Origin: a virus
Lineage: Duplodnaviria; Caudoviricetes
IMG/VR virus record: IMGVR_UViG_3300020331_000002
DNA length: 64,000 nt
Strand: one strand, 5' to 3'
A program made the position numbers and the translations under genes. Shown in pieces: positions 57,411-64,000 of the stretch; position 1 is the stretch's first letter; each line of letters starts with the position of its first letter. Below the pieces are notes generated by a model. It saw only the letters and a program-made list of their open reading frames with translations, had not been told where the DNA came from and did no database searches.

Positions 57411-58451
57411 ATGCCAAATCATATTGGAATTAGTGTACTGGCTACCAAGCCGGGCCAGCCACCAACGTCCGGTGGTACTACGGTAGAAGCATTTATGTTC
57501 GATACGTTCGAAGACGCGGTGCCGTTTATAGCTAGCTATGAGCCGCCTACTAATTTCGAAGTGTTTCAGACCTGGAATCGTTTCTCTAATAGCCTTTTCT
57601 TTGAACCGGGGGATCCGCTGTCTAACAACGCGGGTGCGTTCACGTATAACTCGTCAGCTGACAGGATACAGTGCACGGCAAATACACCCCAGTATGTTGG
57701 ATTCTCCAGTCCGAGCAAATCACGCAATGTGACCATTGAAGTTACTGTCGGTTCCACGGCACAAGACGATGATGCGCTTGCTGTCATTGTTGCACACGAG
57801 CCTTACACGAATGCCGACGGCGAACCTGCAAACAGGTTCCTTGCAGTTATACGACAACCCGGCGGCTTAGCACTCGGGGGAGGATCAGGCCAGTATTACC
57901 TGGCGTGTTTGTCTTATAATGATACGGAGCAATCAGGCGGTGTGTACTTGCCGTTAGGCACACCAGTAAACTGGAACAACGGTCGTAACTCAAGCAACAA
58001 TGGCTGGGCAGCAAGTGGCAAGAGCCGTATACGAATTGAGAGAGAAGGACCAGTAATCCGAGCTTGGGCCACCCCGTTCTCCACCCAAAGCCTCGCAGCC
58101 CTATCAACAGTGGATCCTAGTGAAGATAATCCTAACAGCATTATCAACATCAACACTGGTAATTACCCAGAGCTTGCATGGGTAGGCGCTAATAAATTGG
58201 CGTTTGGTTATGGCTGTCAGTCCCAGGACGATGCATACTTCGCAGACATAGAGATAGAAGGCGGCCTGCTCAACGATACTATTTTTGTGGCATCCACGAA
58301 CAGTGTTTACAAATACAACTATGACACTGGTGAATGGGACTTAGTGGAAGGCGAAACTGTGCAGAGCCGCTTAGGTAAACGCATCGATATAGTTAACCCT
58401 AACACCGGCAAAAAGTACGTCGTTGACATAAACGGTAACCTAATAACTTAG
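57411..58451 (+). CDS. Late-expressed beta-rich protein, possible lectin-like virion component
   Basis: TTAAATA at 57379-85, AGGA SD; V.STAQDDDALAVIV and G/S/N-rich beta pattern. Confidence 0.7.
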   Translation: MPNHIGISVLATKPGQPPTSGGTTVEAFMFDTFEDAVPFIASYEPPTNFEVFQTWNRFSNSLFFEPGDPLSNNAGAFTYNSSADRIQCTANTPQYVGFSSPSKSRNVTIEVTVGSTAQDDDALAVIVAHEPYTNADGEPANRFLAVIRQPGGLALGGGSGQYYLACLSYNDTEQSGGVYLPLGTPVNWNNGRNSSNNGWAASGKSRIRIEREGPVIRAWATPFSTQSLAALSTVDPSEDNPNSIININTGNYPELAWVGANKLAFGYGCQSQDDAYFADIEIEGGLLNDTIFVASTNSVYKYNYDTGEWDLVEGETVQSRLGKRIDIVNPNTGKKYVVDINGNLIT

Positions 58452-58519
58452 CTTTGTGGCAAAGCTTATTAGAATCGTTAATAACTTAAAAAAATTGTTA
58501 AAAAATACGCATGATGGTC

Positions 58520-58548
58520 TTGATTTATCTTTTACGACTTACTAGTCT
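58520..58548 (+). promoter_or_regulatory. Sigma70-like promoter; second extended -10 promoter at 58629-58637
   Basis: TTGATT-17 nt-TAGTCT; TG-T-TATAAT further downstream. Confidence 0.55.
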
Positions 58549-58715
58549 TAGGAATAACAAGGGCGCCGTAATTTTTGCAGAATAATTACATTTTTATGCA
58601 CCTAGGTGTTTGGATTCAGGCATGGCTGTGTTATAATTATTTATACTAAAAAGCAGTAATATAACTGTAGTCGCAAGAGCCTTTCTTGCGAGACTTAGAT
58701 AAAAATATCAGAGCC

Positions 58716-59063
58716 ATGCATAATAACAACAATAATACAGGCATGACGTGTGAATCCTGGTACGAAGAACATCGCCGTACAATTAACGGACTGTATAGTA
58801 GATCGGATTCAGGCACGGCCTTCTCGCAAGAGTTATATGGTGCAATATTTAAAACGTGCGATTTTTTGCCGGTAACCCTTGTAACAGACTATCACGAAAA
58901 CGGATTTAAGAAAAATGACTTGTTAATTCGCCGCTGCGAGTTTACGGGCTGCTTTTTCACAACCACGGTTTTGTGTGATTGTCATATGAATACTGATTTT
59001 GACGTCGACTTTGTTATACGACTAAATTGTAGTAACAAAGTACAAAAGGACATAAGTATATGA
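58716..59063 (+). CDS. Cys-rich hypothetical protein
   Basis: ORF track 58686..59063; start uncertain (58716 or 58743); ATGA overlap with the next gene. Confidence 0.55.
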   Translation: MHNNNNNTGMTCESWYEEHRRTINGLYSRSDSGTAFSQELYGAIFKTCDFLPVTLVTDYHENGFKKNDLLIRRCEFTGCFFTTTVLCDCHMNTDFDVDFVIRLNCSNKVQKDISI

Positions 59064-59449
59064 CACCCATCAAACAGAGACTTATCTACGTCACGTTTCA
59101 AAAAGAAGGCATACACTGCTACCCGGCAGCCGCTACTGATCCGAAGTTAGCGACCGGCGACTGGAAAGACGTTAGTTTTCTTGCTCATCCGCATCGACAC
59201 ATCTTCCATTTTAAAGTCACTATTAGTGTGACTCACAATGATCGTGATATCGAGTTCATTCAATTTAAGCGTTGGTTAGAGCGCTTATATGATGGCACTC
59301 TTGAGTTAGATCACAAAAGTTGTGAAATGCTAGCCGAAGAATTAGGCGAAATCATACTCGAAGAATACGGGTATGATGGTGTTTATCTAAAAGTAGACGT
59401 TAGCGAAGACGACGAAAATGGTGCTGTGCTGGTGTGGGGTGATAAATGA
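59060..59449 (+). CDS. Second QueD/PTPS-like single T-fold protein
   Basis: EGIHCYP, HPHRHIFHF (His cluster), DRDIEF and KSCEMLAEEL (cf. QueD PTAENIA). Confidence 0.65.
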   Translation: MTPIKQRLIYVTFQKEGIHCYPAAATDPKLATGDWKDVSFLAHPHRHIFHFKVTISVTHNDRDIEFIQFKRWLERLYDGTLELDHKSCEMLAEELGEIILEEYGYDGVYLKVDVSEDDENGAVLVWGDK

Positions 59450-60522
59450 ATACGATTTTTATTGTCCCGATTGAGCCTTTAGAAACGCGATACACCGGCG
59501 AGTGGTACGGTCATTTGCCTGCTACCCTTACCCGACAAATCGCCGACAACGAGTCAGAGTACCAAGTTCGAGTTATCGACGGTGATGTTGTGTCACCACG
59601 GCCAAGTCCGGGTGCTTTCTTGGACTTCGCTGCAACCAACATTTACAAGTCATCCCAGCTAATTAGTATAGCAGAGATGTTCCGTGATGGCGAAGTTAAA
59701 CCGGGTGACAAGTTCCTGTTTACTGATTTTTGGAATACGTGCGCTCTACAACTGCGTTATATGAGCGATCTTAACGGTATTCCTGTTGAGATACATGGAT
59801 TAGCGCATGCCGGTAATTATGACCCTAACGACTTCCTAGGGCGCATAAAAGACGGTGACTGGGCTAAGGCTACAGAGCAAGCATTTTATCACGCGTATAC
59901 GAATATCTGGTTTGCGACACACACGCATTTGGATCTATTCAGCGACAACGTGATGGGAAGCGGCTTTGAAGATTCAGCTGACAAGCTACGCATAACTGGC
60001 TGGCCGATGGAATATATGCAATCGATGAATAAGCCGTATATTAAAACGGAAAAGAAAGACATTGTATTATTCCCGCACCGATTAGCGCCAGAAAAACAAC
60101 CCGAAATATTCGACATGCTCGCTGAGCGCATGCCCGAGTATGAATTTATCAAGTGCCAAGACAAAGAACTTACCAAACGCGAGTACCACACTTTGCTCGC
60201 TGAGAGTAAGGTTGTCTTCAGCGCAAACTTACAAGAAACGTTAGGGATTAGTGGGCCCGAAGGAATGTGCTTTGGCGCAATTCCGTTGGTTCCTTTGAGA
60301 CTTAGCTATCTTGAAATGTTCGATCCGGAGTTTACCTATCCTTCGGAATGGACTACCAGCCTTGAAGCTGCCGAAGAACATGCAGACGACTTAGTTGCGT
60401 TGATACGTCACGCGGTGCAGAACTACGGTAATCTTCAAACTAAACTTCAACATAATAAGAATAAGATACTACGCAATTTCTTTTCAGCAGACGCGTTATA
60501 CGCAGAGCTTCTAGATCTCTAA
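59446..60522 (+). CDS. GT-B fold glycosyltransferase (GT4-like)
   Basis: FPHRLAPEKQPEIF and SANLQETLGISGPEG..GAIPLVP (E-x7-E signature). Confidence 0.8.
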   Translation: MNTIFIVPIEPLETRYTGEWYGHLPATLTRQIADNESEYQVRVIDGDVVSPRPSPGAFLDFAATNIYKSSQLISIAEMFRDGEVKPGDKFLFTDFWNTCALQLRYMSDLNGIPVEIHGLAHAGNYDPNDFLGRIKDGDWAKATEQAFYHAYTNIWFATHTHLDLFSDNVMGSGFEDSADKLRITGWPMEYMQSMNKPYIKTEKKDIVLFPHRLAPEKQPEIFDMLAERMPEYEFIKCQDKELTKREYHTLLAESKVVFSANLQETLGISGPEGMCFGAIPLVPLRLSYLEMFDPEFTYPSEWTTSLEAAEEHADDLVALIRHAVQNYGNLQTKLQHNKNKILRNFFSADALYAELLDL

Positions 60523-60547
60523 GCGCTAGGTATAAAGGGGACGAGAT

Positions 60548-61012
60548 ATGTCAAGTAACAAAAAAATCACTTTATCGGTATTAGTAGAAGACGATAATGG
60601 TACTACCAATGCCAATACAGTGATCACAGAAACAGAAGATATGGGGTACGAAGACATCCACGCCGAACGTGTAGGCCATTTTATGGACTTCATCATTCAG
60701 GTTGCTAGTGTGTCAAATACTGACCCTGAGTACATGGCAGCTATGTTTTCTACTGCTATGATGAGTGTGGCTGAATCATCAACCTCTAACATTAGGTTAG
60801 TGTGCGGTGAAGGAAAATATGTGGATGTTGTTATGGATGAAAGCGATCCAGAGTATGTAATGATTTACTCAGAAGACGCGGTTCCTGCAGACGGTGTTGC
60901 TGAAGGCATGGTACCAGTCGGTATTCAAGGCGAGTATGACGAAGAAGACGAAGGTGTCGACTTAGACGCTGCTGGCCGCGATAGTATCACCCCTCCTCAC
61001 AAGTTACATTGA
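60548..61012 (+). CDS. Acidic hypothetical protein
   Basis: 154-aa ORF, D/E-rich C-terminus. Confidence 0.7.
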   Translation: MSSNKKITLSVLVEDDNGTTNANTVITETEDMGYEDIHAERVGHFMDFIIQVASVSNTDPEYMAAMFSTAMMSVAESSTSNIRLVCGEGKYVDVVMDESDPEYVMIYSEDAVPADGVAEGMVPVGIQGEYDEEDEGVDLDAAGRDSITPPHKLH

Positions 61013-61054
61013 TATAAATAGTCATAAAGAAGGAGTTTCATACTTCTTCTTTAC

Positions 61055-61516
61055 TTGACTAATTTATGGATTTACTGTAATATGAATACTAGAAATAAAA
61101 ACTACGTTGACCTTTTTGAAGGAGTCGATAAGAACGAGAATTGGCGCGCACTAAACCAACTTATTGTCGAGGTTGTGGGCGAAGAGTTGACTGAGGGCCA
61201 GATTATCCGTGACTACTTAAGCGAGTCGCTGGGTGTAGAGACCAGACTGTCATGGGTCGTTGAGACCAACCTTAATGCCAAAAAGGCATGTTCACGTTTT
61301 TTATCCGAACTCAAAGAAAGGTGCAAAGTAGAGGGTATGGAGTTGACTGCACATAGTGGTGTTCCTAAAGAAGTCAACTATGTGATGAGCTACCCTAAAG
61401 AAAACGGCGGCGCATTTTGTACGTTGACCTACTTTAGTGACAAAAACCCTATCCCTGTTTGTGGATTTCAATTTAACATAATAGGCAACTTTGCCGAGCC
61501 CGATAATATGGAGTAA
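61055..61516 (+). CDS. Hypothetical protein (start probably ATG 61082)
   Basis: ORF track; start uncertain. Confidence 0.6.
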   Translation: MTNLWIYCNMNTRNKNYVDLFEGVDKNENWRALNQLIVEVVGEELTEGQIIRDYLSESLGVETRLSWVVETNLNAKKACSRFLSELKERCKVEGMELTAHSGVPKEVNYVMSYPKENGGAFCTLTYFSDKNPIPVCGFQFNIIGNFAEPDNME

Positions 61517-61519
61517 ACA

Positions 61520-62038
61520 ATGACGTCAGCTGCTGAGTTCGAACAGAATCTTCAAATAGGCCAACAGTTCGAAACAGAAGTTGCGGAAAAAGTTATACGT
61601 TCCGTCTTATCTCCGGACGGGTACATAATACCTACCCATAATTGGCAAGTGGATCAAGGAAACAACAGAGGGCCACGTATACTGCTGCCTAGCGGCGGAA
61701 AAGTAACGTTGCCTGATTTCTTTGTGATTGACCCGGTTAACGGCACCAAAACGTTAATTGAAGCCAAATACAAAAAGAAAGCCGCGTATGTAAACGGACA
61801 CGATGGCTACTGTGTAGAACAGTACAAGTGTTGGGATTACCAACGCGCTGCTCGTTTAATGGACGCCTCCTTGTTGTTCTTAATCGGTGACGGTACCACA
61901 CAAGAAGTGCTGTTATACGATCCTTCTGAAACCGACACATATACTACCCATACTTTTAATAACAAGTTTACCAAATTCAAACCAGTTGATAACTGGGTGT
62001 TTCTAAAACACAAAGGAACCAAGGTGGATATCAAATGA
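61520..62038 (+). CDS. PD-(D/E)XK restriction-like endonuclease
   Basis: GQQFETEV (motif I), LPDFFV (II), LIEAKYK (III). Confidence 0.7.
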   Translation: MTSAAEFEQNLQIGQQFETEVAEKVIRSVLSPDGYIIPTHNWQVDQGNNRGPRILLPSGGKVTLPDFFVIDPVNGTKTLIEAKYKKKAAYVNGHDGYCVEQYKCWDYQRAARLMDASLLFLIGDGTTQEVLLYDPSETDTYTTHTFNNKFTKFKPVDNWVFLKHKGTKVDIK

Positions 62039-62598
62039 AATACGATGGATGCGACACATGCGCTTCGCCTGACGTAACACAGAAAGTTAAACTAACATCT
62101 GCTCGCCGTCGCCTTGACGATGCGCTGATGTATTGTATAGATAATGCCGCTCAAGAAGTAGGCGACGCCCGGTTCGTAGATATAGGTACCTCTATTAGTA
62201 TTGGTAAGTTTTTCAAAAAGCCTTGGACACTCGGCATATGTAAGCGCCGCATATATTTTGACAATCATGTATTGAGACTGGTTATTGCAAACCTCGAACG
62301 TGTTCTTCGTTTCCATGGCGGCGCCCGTGCACTTGCTGACCTGTACTCTGAAGCAGAGCAAAAAGAAGATCCAAAATTAACGCGGCGTCTGCTGCTGTAC
62401 TTCCTTTACTTAGGTTCGCTCGAAGTACCAGTAAGTAGAAAAACTGCTAATCCAAGCCGCTTTGTCAAGTTAGACGTGATGGTCTATAGTCATTTATCCG
62501 GTGCAGACATGTCATCTAATACCGCAGCACTCGCAGTAATTAGTGGTGACTATGAACCTTTAATTGAACGCACAAAATACAAACTAGGTATAGCATGA
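62035..62598 (+). CDS. Hypothetical protein
   Basis: ATGA-coupled. Confidence 0.7.
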   Translation: MKYDGCDTCASPDVTQKVKLTSARRRLDDALMYCIDNAAQEVGDARFVDIGTSISIGKFFKKPWTLGICKRRIYFDNHVLRLVIANLERVLRFHGGARALADLYSEAEQKEDPKLTRRLLLYFLYLGSLEVPVSRKTANPSRFVKLDVMVYSHLSGADMSSNTAALAVISGDYEPLIERTKYKLGIA

Positions 62599-63149
62599 GA
62601 AGAGCAAAGTCTCAACGTGGTTTGGAGTTAATGTCTGGGATAAAGGAGTTGATTCACAATCACCCGGATATAGACATAGTACAAGCGGTTGTACCACCGG
62701 AAATGTGGGTTAAAAACGGCCCAAATGACGAACCAGTTATTGTAGATTGTGTGCTATTCAAACGAGATAGACATTACTCAATCATACCGGTGCCTACATT
62801 AGGTACATTGTTGCATACATCAGCTGCTGGACTTCGCCCCCAGATCCCGGTTGCACCCTTGCGTGGCGTAAAAGACTGGGAACAGAAGTTATTTGATATG
62901 CTCTATAGCGCCAATATGGTAGCCAATGGAAGATATTTCTTTACTAGTGGTCGCAGCTACTGGAGAGTCAAGATGTTAGGCCTTATGTATCGGTGGACAT
63001 TCAAGCGAACGGCCTTTTATGTGACGAATGAAGAAGCGTGTATGAATTCACTGGCAAATGACTGGTCTCAACTTTTGATGAAAAGAATGGAAAAATCAAA
63101 GCCGTTTTTCACATGGGTTAATGTTTCTTTGGATTTGTGCACAACATGA
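62595..63149 (+). CDS. Hypothetical protein
   Basis: ATGA-coupled. Confidence 0.65.
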   Translation: MRRAKSQRGLELMSGIKELIHNHPDIDIVQAVVPPEMWVKNGPNDEPVIVDCVLFKRDRHYSIIPVPTLGTLLHTSAAGLRPQIPVAPLRGVKDWEQKLFDMLYSANMVANGRYFFTSGRSYWRVKMLGLMYRWTFKRTAFYVTNEEACMNSLANDWSQLLMKRMEKSKPFFTWVNVSLDLCTT

Positions 63150-63757
63150 TAGCGGAAATTCCTGATTACATTAGTATAACATGTGACTCGTCAGCTGAAC
63201 CGTTTTATATGACTGCCAGGCGAGCATTGCGTAGATTCGTACTACTATACGCTAACCGTATAGATGGTGATATATACGAGGTAATAAAACCAATACCCGT
63301 AGTTGGCGGAACGAGGTATATGACATCGTATGTTAAACCCGTTCATGTTCGTGCCATGAGTTACTTGTTTGCTAAACAGCCACCGGAGGACGGTATATAT
63401 GAAGTAAGCGTGCTGGGACTAATGAGTCTGTATAACGCGGTTGATGCTTCGAATATATCAATGACCCAGTCCCCTAGGCCAGCGATCGTTCCGTCTGATC
63501 TCGAGGATACAGCGAATATCATATACTCGGAATTTTTGACAGACATGTATAATGATCAGAAAGGCGCTTGTTACCAATACGAGGATATGCAGCTAAATCT
63601 TAAAGATCCGGTAAAAAGTGCATGTGATAAAAACCGACTTCGGATGATTTGCATTCATAGCGAAACGTTTAGGACCAGACTTAATGAAATGGGATATATT
63701 CGAATCCAGTCCGGCTCTGAAAAAGATAAAAGAAAACCGGAAAAAGATGTTAGCTGA
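63146..63757 (+). CDS. Hypothetical protein
   Basis: ORF track 63137..63757; ATGA overlap at 63146. Confidence 0.65.
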   Translation: MIAEIPDYISITCDSSAEPFYMTARRALRRFVLLYANRIDGDIYEVIKPIPVVGGTRYMTSYVKPVHVRAMSYLFAKQPPEDGIYEVSVLGLMSLYNAVDASNISMTQSPRPAIVPSDLEDTANIIYSEFLTDMYNDQKGACYQYEDMQLNLKDPVKSACDKNRLRMICIHSETFRTRLNEMGYIRIQSGSEKDKRKPEKDVS

Positions 63758-64000
63758 GATACTAAGATCAAAAGCCGAATGCGAGGTCGGCCATGTAAAT
63801 GAGCCTTCTACCCAGCCGTATATTAAAGATATGCGCGAGCATGCTTGCGTGTATCTTTTTGAAAGTACTTCGATGACCAACCGCATTCTTAATATGTTTA
63901 GAAAAAATAAATGTTGCGAGTATGTGGTTGTTTTTGTTAGTGTATACACCATAACAGGCTTCGTTCGATCGTTTTTGCAAGAGTATTCTTTTAAGAAATC
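63747..64000 (+). CDS. Hypothetical protein, 3'-truncated by window edge (MLAEILRSKAECEVGH...)
   Basis: Open frame from ATG 63747 to the end, overlapping the previous stop. Confidence 0.5.
   Translation, partial: MLAEILRSKAECEVGHVNEPSTQPYIKDMREHACVYLFESTSMTNRILNMFRKNKCCEYVVVFVSVYTITGFVRSFLQEYSFKK

Noticed and set aside
58686-59063. Cys-rich ORF as the missing radical-SAM QueE
   Set aside because: No CxxxCxxC motif, and it is too short.
61055-61083. TTGACT-17 nt-TAATAT as the promoter for the 61082 ORF
   Set aside because: The -10 box overlaps the likely ATG, so it cannot produce a transcript containing that start; left unassigned.
125-63980. Numerous minus-strand and out-of-frame ORFs in the track (e.g. 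3190..3738, 13911..14522, 20518..21039, 38298..38846, 63768..63980)
   Set aside because: They lie antisense to or inside well-supported + strand genes, lack SD sites and show no recognisable motifs; treated as shadow ORFs.
1-64000. tRNA, rRNA or tmRNA genes
   Set aside because: No cloverleaf with T-loop GTTCRA and D-loop signature was recognised in any intergenic gap; tRNAscan-SE would be needed to exclude them fully.

Overview
This window is a 64 kb segment of a large T4-related (jumbo-type) myovirus genome, with almost all genes on the + strand. No bacterial housekeeping context, rRNA, tRNA or CRISPR array was recognised. Morphogenesis genes include the tail sheath (5'-truncated), tail tube, gp4-like head-completion nuclease, probable small terminase and large terminase. 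Replication and recombination genes include ATP-dependent DNA ligase, gp32 SSB, UvsX/RecA, UvsY, UvsW, primase, gp41-like helicase and an exonuclease. Nucleotide metabolism genes include DHFR, NrdA, NrdB and ThyA, and rIIA/rIIB are also present. Two promoter classes are visible: sigma70-like early promoters and a T4-late-like (C/T)TAAATA motif upstream of structural genes. The least explained elements are: (1) FolE plus two different QueD/PTPS-like T-fold enzymes plus a GT-B glycosyltransferase, followed by a PD-(D/E)XK nuclease, with no queE/queC/dpdA in the window; (2) a 210-aa DnaE-like protein that keeps all three catalytic aspartates; (3) a ligase-fold and a Pol-beta-fold nucleotidyltransferase inside a block of proteins with prohead-protease-like (L/I)xE sites; (4) four tandem 'HRxDGPA'-repeat paralogs sharing a C-terminal helix motif; (5) a 14-bp tandem repeat in the gp32 leader; and (6) a 30-aa hydrophobic ORF boxed between twin terminators. 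All assignments come from motif recognition by eye; no database search was run. Several starts were moved from the ORF track to a better-supported downstream ATG.
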